A DNA stretch of 64,000 nt. Origin: Tubulanus polymorphus. Its lineage: Eukaryota; Animalia; Nemertea. The notes under the pieces are model-generated. The model saw only the letters and a program-made list of their open reading frames with translations, searched no databases and was not told where the DNA came from. Position 1 is the first letter of the stretch, and each line of letters begins with the position of its first letter. Below are positions 38,801-49,891 of the stretch, piece after piece. The translations under genes and the position numbers were made by a program. The stretch covers positions 3,613,814-3,677,813 of the forward strand of contig NC_134034.1 in NCBI RefSeq assembly GCF_964204645.1, given 5' to 3'.

Positions 38801-41491
38801 GATTTGTTGCAACGAGACGAGAAACTGATGATTAAAGTCGGAGTTTACGCCTGTCAGAACGGAGCCAGTTCGTCGCAGGTAAAAATACAGCGGAAACCGC
38901 GGCAGCCTCTATCGAATACCCCGATGACATCGCGCCAGGGATGAAAATCTTCCGGATTTCCGACCTTTTCTAACATTTTCTTTATTCCTGAGAACAGTGT
39001 AAATCACCTCAATCGCTTTAATCACCTAAATCGCGGGCGTCACATTGGAGCACTCTGTAGTTAGGAGTGCTCCTTAAGACGGTTTTCGGCAGTTGTTAGC
39101 ACAACTGTGGAGTCGGAGAAACCAATATGGCGTCTCATTCAAAAAGTGGCTCTAATTCAGGCCCAAACTATTAACATTTTGACCAAAAGGAAGTAAGTTC
39201 TTCAAAAAAATTCTGTTTTTTGAAAATATTTTCCGACTTTTTCAATATGGGACGTTTTCATCCCTTCATCCCGCGCGCGTAGCCAGTTTAGTCTTCGGGA
39301 GTGGAAAGGGGGATTTTCACGAAAGTGGGCTTTTCGTAAGGACACCGAAGGGGTGTAGTTTAAGTCAGTGGTCCTGGGAGTGCTCCCCCAGAAATTGTTT
39401 GAAAATTGGATACAATTCACAACTTCTAGCATATGAAAGTGAAAGTGGAAGAAAACTTTGCTTCTTTCCCGCAATTTGGCCTCAAATGTGATGAGTTTCC
39501 AAGATGTTTTGAATAAGAGCTAAAGAAAAAGAGAGTCAACAATGAGCAAATTGAAAAAAATTTATGATCAAAATCTCTTCAGGCGGATATGAGGGCGAAC
39601 CCCCTCGATACGGGCCTGGACATCATGAATTGAATATCAATTTTGACTTGTATAAAAGACCGAAGAGATTGAATATTTTACAACTACAATTCTTCTTGAT
39701 CAGTTTGGATATTTATGAAATTAGCTATTTCACTCAGTCTAGCATTGTCTTGATCAATTTTATGATGTCGAAAGCTGGATTGCACTAAGTCAGCCATATT
39801 TCTGAATTGTTCAAAGATCAAATCACTACTACCTAATATTCATTTTGATGATGTCATAGGGGGGGATTTATTGAGGCAGTCATCATTTTCTGCAGGTTTC
39901 CAGCAAAGATTTAAGTCCTTAAACTTTTCAGTTGTAATTCAATACATGTATATGAATGACAGAAAATTTGGCAAATTGTGGAAATTGTCCCGAGTTGGAG
40001 TCCCTGTTAATTGAAAAAAGTGCGCTTACATTTTTGTAGATATTCATGTATAACAGTCAATTTTCGGAACTACGTCGGGAACGGGCGTGTCTGGATACAA
40101 GCGGTAGCCGCGAAAATCAAGATGTCGATTTGGTCGAATGTCATCGTCAAGGAGGACATCAGAAATGGGTGTTCAATAAGGTACAATCTATTCTCTAACG
40201 TAGATTCAATCCCAATTTAACCCTTTCAGTGCTGGCTAATTAATACCCTATAGTGCTGAAGATAATCTGAAAATTCTGAAAAATTTCCCCCCTACTGTGT
40301 TGAATAACGGGAATAGCACTATAGTGCGTCTACACCATGGTGCGGTATTTCGTTGGTTACTAATATTTCACTATGTTTGACAGGTGCTGCCATCATTCTA
40401 CAATAATTAGTAATTACTAATTAAATCAATACACCCCAGTGCGGTGTACTGGCAAAATCTATCACTGATTCGTACACCACACTGCGGTGTAGAGTGTAGA
40501 CGCACTGAAAGGGTTAAACTTCGAACTCGGTTCTCAGGTTGTGTGGGTTTAATTTGACACTGAACCCAGTTCCACGGTTCTATAAGTTTTATTTAAATCT
40601 GAACCCAGTTCCCAGTTGTGTGGGTTAGATTTTATTCTGAACTCAGTTCCACTGTTATGTAGGTTTAATTTCATTCTGAACCCAGTTCCACAGTTGTATG
40701 AATCTTAGAACAGTTTCACAGTTGAGCAGGTTAACTCTGATTCCGGGTTTAATTCAAAGATTTTGAAAACTTCGCCCCAAATGCATATATATTGTATAAC
40801 GGGCATAGCAAAGTACGTCTACATTGCGGTGCAGGGTATCTTCAGTTACCAACATTTCACTATGTTTGACAGGAGCTGCCTTCTTTTAATCCTTTCAGTG
40901 CTGGCTAATTAATACCCTACCTATAGTGCTGAAGATAATTTGAAAATTCTGAAAAATTTCACCCTAGCGTGTTGAATAACGGGAATAGCACTATAGTGTG
41001 TCTACACCCTGGCGTGGTGTATCATTACTTACTTATATTTCACTATGTTTGACAGGTGCTGCCATCTTTCAAGAGAGATAATTAGTAATTACTAATTGAA
41101 TCAATACACCGCAGTGCGGTGTACTAGCAAAATCCATCACTGATTTGTACACCGCACTGCAGTGTAGACGCACTGAAAGGGTTAATAGACATAAAAACTA
41201 ATTGCAAATTACATCCATACACCTTGCATAGTCGATCAATTTATACACCGCACTGCAGTGTACGTAGATGCGCTCAAACGGTTGATTCCATCAAACGTGC
41301 ATTGAATTGTATTGTTTTATTATTTACAGGAATCTGGCGGAACTCTGGTTCATTCTTCCGGTAAATGTTTGGATGCGTTCGGTTTGAACAGCAACGAAAA
41401 CGTGATCGTGAGGACGTGCGATGGCTCGCCGACTCAGCAGTGGGAATTTCAATCTTACAACGAGAATCCTTTGATTCGCAACGTACTATAA
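26888..41491 (+). CDS. GALNT: Polypeptide N-acetylgalactosaminyltransferase, isoform a (584 aa): exons 26888-27243, 33778-33944, 34860-35037, 35722-35925, 36583-36700, 37054-37141, 37242-37339, 37941-38075, 38771-38878, 40040-40180, 41330-41491
   Basis: All GT-AG joins are in frame. Motifs [51 protein letters not shown] (DxH), [30 protein letters not shown] and CKSFKWYL are present, plus a ricin-B lectin with three CLD repeats and two QxW. Confidence 0.95.
27329..27415. mobile_element. Small MITE with TAGTCT...AGACTA termini
   Basis: 10-bp TSD GATAGTTACC (27319-27328, 27416-27425). Related copy at ~46318-46403. Confidence 0.7.
28360..29480 (+). repeat. ~106-bp tandem array (AATTGAAAATGAACTACAAACACCAGACAT...), interrupted by a MITE at 28623-28782
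   Basis: GGACTTCACCTGAG recurs at 28801, 28907, 29013 and 29120. Same family at 42680-43135 (reverse), 43240-43390, 50140-50450 and 52790-53198. Confidence 0.9.
30592..30969. mobile_element. Tc1/pogo-like MITE hosting a piggyBac-like MITE
   Basis: TA|CAGTAGAACTCGCTTAA...TCAAGTGAGATCTACTG|TA. Confidence 0.75.
30609..30888 (+). mobile_element. piggyBac-like MITE
   Basis: TTAA|CCCTTTCAGTGC...GCGCTGAAAGGG|TTAA. Confidence 0.88.
31157..41491 (+). CDS. GALNT: GALNT isoform b (578 aa): alternative first coding exon 31157-31494 spliced to the shared exons from 33778
   Basis: Has its own ATG, Arg-rich tail, TM helix and the PGENGRPV.L...[11 protein letters not shown] motif. Donor CA|GTAAGT has the same phase (2) as exon 1a. 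Confidence 0.85.
31950..32236 (+). repeat. ~87-bp tandem repeat, 3+ copies
   Basis: GTTACTGACCGGTCCAGTAAC at 31960, 32046 and 32135. Confidence 0.9.
33397..33748 (+). mobile_element. piggyBac-like MITE (with internal duplication)
   Basis: TTAA|CCCTTT...GCACTGAAAGGG|TTAA. Confidence 0.85.
33967..34188 (+). mobile_element. piggyBac-like MITE
   Basis: TTAA|CGCTTTCAGT...GCACTGAAAGGG|TTAA. Confidence 0.8.
35086..35485 (+). repeat. ~76-bp satellite array
   Basis: G(G/A)CAAGTGAG at 35087, 35163 and 35240. Confidence 0.85.
40221..40513 (+). mobile_element. piggyBac-like MITE
   Basis: TTAA|CCCTTTCAGTGC...GCACTGAAAGGG|TTAA. Confidence 0.88.
40530..40740. repeat. ~39-bp tandem array (TGAACCCAGTTCCACAGTTGTG...)
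   Basis: Motif at 40561, 40600, 40638 and 40677. Confidence 0.8.
40890..41181 (+). mobile_element. piggyBac-like MITE nested in an older copy of itself (~40790-41283)
   Basis: TTAA-flanked full copy. The flanks continue the family consensus on both sides. Confidence 0.8.
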
Positions 41492-41597
41492 TGATAGTTT
41501 TTCAAAAAAAAACCTTTTATTCGACTGGCACCTAGTAGGCATACGTACTTATTAATCTAGAGATTACGTTAAAGCCTCGTATGATGAAGTAGTCTTA

Positions 41598-42039
41598 GGA
41601 ACCATCCATTTAGTACGTACGCACGATATGGGGAAAGGGGTCTGTGTGGTCCGCATACAAATGTCTACATTGGTGGGAGGGGTGCGTGGCTCTGCTTACG
41701 GTAAGCAACTTATACCGGTGATTATTTGCGCACTCTATCGCCCGGAGGATTTTACGTTCTCTGTCGTGTTCTTTACAATTTTGAAATGATTACTGCGACA
41801 TCGACGATTTTCTTTGCTCTATTTTTGGAATGGATACTCGGTACCATAGACGCCACCTATCTGCTGAATACAAAGCTAAAACGCGTTATAAAAACACAAA
41901 CGTCCAATTTTTATACAAACATGTCGTTGTAGCATGCCTACTGGAGGAGGTAAAAGTGAAAAGTACAGCTGCGTACAAGGGGTGAGGGGGAGTGAAAAAT
42001 CGGCGGCAGCTTTTGCCTACGTACTAAATAGATAGTCCC
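41598..42039. mobile_element. PIF/Harbinger-like element in putative GALNT 3'UTR
   Basis: TTA|GGAACCATCCATTTAGTACGTA...TACGTACTAAATAGATAGTCCC|TTA. Confidence 0.7.
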
Positions 42040-42679
42040 TTAACCCTTTCAGGGCTAAAACATTGTCTCAAATGATTTAAGTGTAACGATTCTTAGAGTC
42101 AAACTGAACCAAGAACCGAGGAATTGGTTTCTAGTTCCGCAGTTCTTCGTTTTAACTCGGAGTTGGTTTTTAAGTCACAATTTCACTGAGATCACAACTC
42201 TCGAACCGGGTCCAAGGGCAAATCGAGGGGGGATGCTTGGGGACAATTTCCTGATCGTATCGTTCATTTTCAAATGCTCGGAATGCTTGAAAAAGAGACT
42301 TAATTTTCAAAATTTTCCGGGGGGCGGGGGTGACCAACAGAGCGCCCACCTCCTTGAAAATCCTGAACCTACCACTGACTGATATTTGGTATTATTCATC
42401 ACACCGCTATGCAAACTTTACACAAACTTCTCGCCACAATTTACAATTTTGTTGTTATTATTGTTGGTATCCACTATTTCTTGATGTTTACTATCGACAT
42501 TTTTCGATGTTTACTGCTGGGTATACGTTTTGAAATGTTTATTTTATAGGATTTATTCAACTCGACTGTGTTCGTCCTGTCTATGGTTCACTGTAATGAA
42601 TCTGGAACCGATTTTCCGGGGGTTTTTTCGCTTTCATGCAATTATCAATCGGCAGCCCGTTTCAGACATTCTCCGTCGT

Positions 42680-43135
42680 AGCATAAAATGTCTAATATCT
42701 GGTGTTTGTAGTTTATTTTCAATTACAAATGCCTCAGATGAAGCACTGAACACATGTGAAGTGTGGACGATCAGTTTTTGAAAGTGTGCTGATAAAATGT
42801 CCAATGTCTGCTGTTAGTAGTTTATTTTCAATAAGAAATGTCTCAAGTGAAGCACTGAACACATGTGAAGTGTGGACGATCAGTTTTTGAAAGTCAGCTG
42901 ATAAAATGTCTAATATCCGGTGTTTGTAGTTCATTTTCAATCAAAATGTCTCAGGTGAAGCACTGAACACATACAATGTGGGGAAGATTAGTTTTTGAAA
43001 TTCAGCCGATAAAGTGTCTTATTTCTAGTGTTTGTAATTCATTTTCGAACAAAAATATTTCACTTGAAGCACTGAACACATGGGATTTGGGAACAACCAG
43101 TTTTGAAAGTGCGCTGATAAAATGCCTAATGTCTG
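42680..43135 (-). repeat. ~108-bp tandem array, reverse orientation
   Basis: TGAAGCACTGAACACAT at 42739, 42848 and 42956. Confidence 0.85.
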
Positions 43136-43591
43136 TGTTCAGAAATGTTAAACTCGAATTTTTGGTGAAATTGACATTGGCTACTTCATGGTTTCAATGA
43201 GGACAACAATTCTTTTTCGTGAAACTGGGTCCTGGTGTTCGTTACAAACACCAGACATTAGACATTTTATCAGCGCAATATCGATCAATTTCAATTGAAA
43301 GTCATGAACAAATGCGAAGTCTGGATGATCAAAAATTGAGACCACTGCTACGAAATATTGGATGTCTTCGCAGGCTGCAGATTGATACCTGTGTGTAACA
43401 TAGACTCTACTCTATCGATATTGATAATTATGATAACGATATATTAATTTATTCATGAATTTCCGCTCTGTAAACTTTTATAGTTTGTCTGTTAATGTTT
43501 TTATCATACGTAGTTTGTATGTAAGTGTGTATACGTATTTTCCACTGAGGCTGTTCTAAGTCTTCACTTGTCTCTATTTGTACAGATTTCA

Positions 43592-43597
43592 AATAAA
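43592..43597 (+). promoter_or_regulatory. Candidate GALNT polyadenylation signal
   Basis: AATAAA after a U-rich, UGUA-containing 3'UTR-like tract and before a GU/U-rich segment. Confidence 0.4.
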
Positions 43598-43649
43598 ACA
43601 CGATCTTTAATTTACTAACAACGATTCATTTCGTGTTCTCTTAATAATT

Positions 43650-44750
43650 CAGCTTCGGAGAAGGATGGAAGATAAATTGGCTGCTTCAGATTCGTAGAAT
43701 CATAGGAAGTTTAGATGGGCTATTTGAGGAACCCTCTGGCTGGGTCAATCTTCTGAACAATCATGGGACTGAGGAATCGTTTTTTGGCAATGCTCAAAAG
43801 ATGGGCATCCACAGTGAAGTTGAGGAATAGCAATGCAGCTAGGGAATGCGCAACGGTTGTCCAAAATCCTCCAAAGGGTGGAGCTGGCGATAGTGTGAAT
43901 ACCAGTCGTAGTAACCGGTTCTACAAACCGTTGTTTGTGGAACGACGGCTAGGTTCTAGACTAAGCAGGCGAGTGCTCTAAATCCTCCAAGAACCTTAGT
44001 GGTCGATGTATCACGAGTTAATCGCAATCGTAGATCAATGTGGATACAGCCACTTCCAGGACTGTGTGAGGGTAATCCACCGTACATAGGGTTGAGGAAT
44101 TTCTTTGGAAATCAGTCGTGGTGGGAAATGCCCAAAGGCTGGACTTTCCCTGCTTGGCAAACCAGGCGGAGTGTACTCTATCAATCCATCACATCTGAGT
44201 GATTACACTCAGATGTACTTATGGCCAGGTTCTCTTTTGGACACTCTGATTCTGTCAAGATGGTCGTGTTACGATCTCTAGAATCTGGTTTGACGTTTCG
44301 GAGCCCTCTGCATAGAGTGCTTCCTCGCAAGGGAAATCGCAGTGGAGTTGGGGAATGCTCAAACATCGTGGGGGCGAACCATATCTGGACAAACCTTTAT
44401 GCCATAGCCTCATCCCCAAACATGTATGAAGCATTGGAACGCGTACATGTGTATAATGAATCTTGTGGATTACCGTGACTTACTAACGAGTTTCGGACAG
44501 GAGATAATTTCGGCTGATGGGAATCTTGATGTCTAGGATATCCCCATACTCGATGAGGCCATTGATTCCAAGCATTATGAAGTTCTCCTGGTTAATCGAA
44601 TCTGGGAATTAGGGTTGGGTACCTACTTGATTTTATACCAGGACCCATGGTGACTATGAAATGGATAGTTAGGCTGTTGGACCAAAAAGTTATTAGACTG
44701 GTGATAAAGAATAAGTTATCACTGTTCTTGTTCGAAGCTACTGAATAAAC
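43650..44750 (+). pseudogene. Degenerate intronless coding relic of unknown origin (candidate endogenous viral element)
   Basis: Long protein-like frames broken by few stops and shifts (43999-44478 is one frame with one stop). A diverged second copy at 46600-46870 conserves amino acids despite base changes. Confidence 0.45.
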
Positions 44751-45054
44751 GCTGGTGTGGTCTGATCGCAACTGACCTCAGAGTTTAAATTTACAAGCAT
44801 AAGCTGAGCACAAAAAAATGACGCGCCTTCGCAGTTACCGCGAGAAGTGTGAGCTATAATTTAGAATAGAATTCAACACTATCAAACCTGCACCTCGGGG
44901 TAAGACAAAATATACCAGCGCGCATTGAACAAATTGCTACTTGCAACATGGGTACGTGTATAATACTGTGCTGGTAAGTTCAGTCACATACGACTTCACT
45001 GCGATCAAGGCAGTTACGTTGAAATAGGCCGGCTGAGGAGCCGCTAGAAAAATA

Positions 45055-46185
45055 ATGTCCGAACGCGATTCAAACACTACTGCCCTGCCAACCGAGAGAC
45101 AACGAGTCTATCGCGGAGTTTGTGACTGGGCCCAGGCTACCAGTCCAATCCGCTGGGAACTTGAATTTAGCGTTTACGCGTACATTTTCTTTTACGGACC
45201 CGTCACTATATTGGGCATCGCTTTGAACATCATGACGATTTTAGTCTTGAAAAAGATGAACGAAGATGTTTACTATTTACTCAAAATTCTCGCTATTTTT
45301 GACATATGTTATTCGATAAGTGTGTTCGTCATGTACCCTCAACGCGCAGTTCACATAGGCATACATTTGGGGGATGTCATTTTACGTCTCGACGATTGGC
45401 ATTTTGGCTGGGAATTCATACAAATTTCGTTTGGACCGTATTTTACGTTTCAACAGACGAGAAACTGGTGCGTTATTCTTATCAGTTTTGAAAGACTCGT
45501 AATTACACTTTTCCCGTTAAAATCGAGATTATTTTGGACGAGGAAAGTAGTGAATTGTCTCATACTTAATTGATACACGCTTTCAGTTTTGGTTTTTTCT
45601 TACCCTTGTTTATTCCGGACCGAGCTCTTGATCCGCAGCCTTGTATTCACCATTCGCCTACCCTAAGGCGAGGCAGGTATTTCGCTTTCTACTACCCGAC
45701 ATTACGTTATTGGAAGATTCGCGTAGAAAGCTGGTTGGGCACGGTGTTAAGTATCGTCGCTCCTATGATCGCACGTCGTTAACGCCATTCCTATTGTGGC
45801 TTTGATTGTGATCAAATTTTCACGAATTGGTAAAAGTCGTTCAGCAAAGAAGAACCAAACTTCCAACACGTTAGAGTTACGTGCATCGAGAATGTCGTTT
45901 GCTCTTGTAGCTGTTTTTGTCGGGTGCGAATCGTCGATATTTATCGAAAAATTTCAGTTTTCGGGTTTTGCGGGTATCCCATATACTACAATAGGTAATT
46001 TGAGTCATTACGAAACGCTGATGGTTCGTCGAAAGATCGGCATCGGTTTAACCGTCGTAGATTCGTGTATGAACTTTTTAGTCTATTGTTTGTCTAATAG
46101 TAAATTCAGACATGCTGTTGTTGAGTTGATGACCTCTGAGAAATGTAAACCCCGCCGTGTTCGAAACATTCGTCAAATAAAATAA
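45055..46185 (+). pseudogene. Class-A GPCR (FMRFamide/peptide-receptor-like) with two frameshifts
   Basis: TM1-TM3 in 45055-45573 (GIALN, LAIFD, WCVILISFERL), TM4-TM5 in a shifted frame 45570-45782, TM6-TM7 in 45796-46185 (FVGCE, DSCMNFLVY...FR). Confidence 0.82.
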
Positions 46186-46460
46186 AAGCATGTGACTCAA
46201 CGCATATATTGAGAAAATAAAACGTAGATGGGAGGCTGTTCTCCTGACATTGTTGCTTAAATCGCAATATCATTCTCAGCGCCCGTCGAGCGTTGCACCA
46301 GGAGGCTGGGGAAGGGGTAGTCTAGTATCTAGCCGTTGTTTTCTCAACGTAGATGCCTACAACGGTTGTAGGGGACCGTAACAACGTCTATTGTATTCAG
46401 GCTGGGGGCGGGGGCAAGTGTAAAATCGCCCATATGATGTCGTTTGGCTGTGTAAATGTA

Positions 46461-46570
46461 AATTCTATTGTTGATCGAGATCGAATTTTCACGAATTGGT
46501 AATTAATTAAGCCGTTCAGCAATAAAAGAACCAAACCTCCAACACGATAGACGCGCATCGAGATTGTTTA
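46461..46570 (+). pseudogene. Short degenerate duplicate of the TM5-ICL3 segment of the 45055 GPCR
   Basis: attctattg...ttttcacgaattggtaa...cgttcagcaa...aagaaccaaac.tccaacacg.taga...gcatcgaga matches 45787-45895. Confidence 0.75.
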
Positions 46571-46963
46571 GTGTTGTTGCTGCGTAAAATTTTGGTTCGG
46601 GGTATTCTAAATTGTTCACCTTGTGGTCAGATGACCTTTTGGAGATTCAGAAACGTCGACTATGTCGAGGTTGTAAGCGCGTGTCTCCAGAATCTAGTTG
46701 GATATATTGAAGATTTGGGAATCATACGTAGATTTGGGGAATGCTGAATGCTGAAACACTGGCGAACCATCCCGCGAACCATCTCTGGGAAGACCTATAC
46801 ACGTCCTAGCTTCATCCACAAACATGATTCATGCTTGGTAATATTGAAAATATTCGTAGTAGAGTAGCCGTGTTAACCAGGTTTAAAATAAGTAACGAGA
46901 CGAGTAGTATGGTTAACTATTAGTAGTATGGTTAACTACTGTATAGGTTAACTATTTATTTGA

Positions 46964-47007
46964 CGCACGAGCTTTCGCTTCTAATGAGTAGAAGCTTCAT
47001 CAGATAA
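46964..47007 (-). ncRNA. Minimal type-I hammerhead ribozyme motif (stem I eroded)
   Basis: Minus strand: CUGAUGA-A-GCUUCUA(CUCAU)UAGAAGC-GAAA-GC-UC-GUG followed by AAUAAA. Confidence 0.68.
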
Positions 47008-47854
47008 TATTGAATGGAGTGGATATTTTGCCAATGCGGCATTGTTTTAGTGAACGCTATTGAACGAATCTACCGTCGAACCATTCTTTAACGGATCTTG
47101 TGGGTAACAGCGACGTAATACCGAGTTTCGACTGCAGAATATTTTGGTACGTAGCTGTAGCCGCATGTTGGAATCCTCCGATGGCTGGAGTCCGTCTGGT
47201 TGAATCCCCGGCAGAAAACGCTGTCAGAAATATGTTTCGATGAAGATTCACGTAGGAGGACTCGATAAGAATAACCCAGCTAGAGCGGGTTTGGGCAAAT
47301 TTACATCGACATAATTCCTCTCCAAGGGCGGATCTAGGAAAATTGCTGGCAAGGGTCCAACAGAAAATAGCATTCCTCAGGTAAAGCAGAAGTGGGAGGA
47401 TACCCCTCGCTGATAAAATGTTTTTAGATAAATACATCCGAAAAGATGCAGATTTCTGAAGGGATCGATATCAAATTTGTAGTAGGTTTAACGATATCTG
47501 TGCTTGACGAAAAGGGCAACTTCACATCTAAATATTAAACAAACATCTAAATCATTGTTTATATTAGATTTTTAAACATTTTTCTCGCTTTATTTTCGTG
47601 TATTTTTTTTAAACATGTTTTTTAAACACCACCCTGCGCATCGTGCAGTTTATCCCGCATTGCTTATTACACAGTACTACTCTATAACCGCAGTACCGCT
47701 ATCATCTATTTACAAAATATTATATTTACAGTACGACTATCGTCGTATCATTTACAAAACGATTTTCAAGCCTATAGAATGTCCCCACTAATTATTCACA
47801 AAAACACTTAAAAACTCACTTTCGTCGTGGTCATTGGTTGATCAGTACCAACCA

Positions 47855-48865
47855 TGATCCAGTTGCTCAAAAGTTGGTTAAAGCTAAAAGGGGCCCAATT
47901 TCACGAAAAGGTTTAACCCTCAAATCAATTTGATTTCTTCATCAATTCGGTTCGTTTAAAATCGATTTAGGCCTTAATCGTTTTTGTGAAACTGGGCCCA
48001 GTACGGGTAGCAGACACGGTGACGATAAGTTCATCGTTACTATGGTATTTATCCACCGGTTATCTTGAACCACCCTCCGAGCAACTGGTCCCAGTACGTC
48101 GATGAATATTGTCCGAATGACGACTTACGCATTTGAAATCCGTTTTCGTAAAACCGGGCGTCTTTGCTTAGACGTAAACCAGGGGCCAGTTGCTCAAGAT
48201 TTGGTTCGAGTTAACCAGTGGATAGTTGATACAGCGACAAGTGAAATTTCATTGTCACTTACAGTATTTATCCGCCGGTTATCTTCAACCAACTGTTGGC
48301 AACTGGACCCTGGAACGGTTCGCGTAACGGTTCGTGTTTTATGGCGCCATCTGGTGAGTGCCGGTACCCCGTATAAGTAAGTTAAGACCCATAAGCAAAG
48401 ATGATATGATAAATACAGTTCCTGGACAGTGGTTTATTCAGTACTTTGTACCGTGTTCACAGTTACCTGAAACATTAAGTAGTAATGACAAGATTTTTTT
48501 TTTTCTTCAAATTTTGATATGTACGGTACCCGCTTTCGACGGTAGGTACCGAATAATGACGCATTCAACCAACAACTAGAACATCATTCTATTTAAAAAC
48601 TTTTAAAAAGTTTTAATCAATTCTGCCGACTCATGAAAGCCTTTAAGCCTGTGCTCATTCACCGAGCAGTAAGGATTTTCAACAGAACTTTTTTCGCGAT
48701 GGTCGTCATTAGTTCCAAAACGAATGTTGCGCATAACGCGCGAATACGCCTGGGACCAGTTGCTCAAAGGTTGGTTAGAGTTAACCAGTGGATAGTTGAC
48801 AGAGTAACAATTAAAAGCCCATTCTTGCTATGGTATCTTTAACCAACCTTTAAGCAACTGGCCTC
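47855..48865. mobile_element. Cluster of Harbinger-like MITEs (CCAGTTGCTC...GAGCAACTGG family at ~47855-48092, 48182-48310, 48751-48865; nested GGGCCCA.TTTCAC element at ~47890-47999)
   Basis: Terminal inverted repeats and shared internal sequence. Confidence 0.7.
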
Positions 48866-49627
48866 AACACACTGCATATGCCCCCGACCCATGGTGCTAG
48901 CGTGGGCTCGTACTTCACCCTCGTCCCAACGGCAACTTATTCTAACTAATCAACCACAATTACAACTAAACCTAACCTATTCTACGTGTACACTTAATTT
49001 CAGCGGTCGTATCAAACCCGTAAGCCCTTTTTTGAATGTGCTCTGCCCGAACAGGAATCATTACCATTCTTTTTTCGATTACCGCAATTCGACGGTTTCT
49101 GCAAATTCTTCGGCCGAAGTCTTCGAACGAGAACAATAAATACCAAGTCTTCGGTGAGAACGCGATCGAAAAGGGCTTCAATCCTGCTACTTACGCGATA
49201 ACGAACCGTAAATTAAAACGTTAAGATACAATCTTTTTATCACTGCATATAAAATCATGTGTTAAACTGGCACCGACAAATAAAGACTGACAGAATCACA
49301 AAATTCATTTTCAATGAATCGAAATTAATTTCACACATTTCGTGTCTTTTTCATTTCCTAAGCAAAAATAAGAAATTCTATCACACACTTTCTGTAAATT
49401 ACAATTTATAGTTTTTTTTTCAAACATTCGTATTTATGGAATACTGATTTCTGATTTTTAATGCCCATTTTAAAGACTTACGAGTCTCGAAACGATTAAC
49501 GACGCGTACAAAAATCTCAAGTTAATTCTCAGTAAAGCGAAAGACGAACTGGACAATTGCTCGACGAATTTCAGAAATTTCGAGAGAGACTTAGTCACGC
49601 GAAAAAAAAAGAACTAAATCTCAGAAA

Positions 49628-49891
49628 AATGAAGAAATCCCACACTTCGTGTTAAATTATAGGATAGAATTTATCATTTTGAAACCACAACGTTTCGGCT
49701 GTCGACTAACAGCCATCACCAGGTGGAATGTGATCATTCACATTGACGGCCATCATTCCATAACAGCCATCATTCCACCTGATGATGGCTGTTAGTCGAC
49801 AGCCGAAACGTTGTGGTTTCAAAATGATAATTCGAAGTGTGGGATTTGTTCATTTATCTACAGTATACACGGATCATAGTGTTTATTCGAC
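49628..49891. mobile_element. Penelope-like fold-back insertion with hammerhead ribozyme
   Basis: 16-bp TSD AACTAAATCTCAGAAA at 49612-49627 and 49892-49907. Inverted arms ~49628-49730 and 49771-49855. Confidence 0.8.
49775..49816 (+). ncRNA. Minimal type-I hammerhead ribozyme motif
   Basis: CCAC-CUGAUGA-U-GGCUGU(UAGUCG)ACAGCC-GAAA-CG-UU-GUGG. Confidence 0.8.

Noticed and set aside
47057-47437. 126-aa minus-strand ORF next to the hammerhead as a PLE reverse transcriptase or GIY-YIG endonuclease
   Set aside because: No recognisable RT or GIY-YIG motifs.
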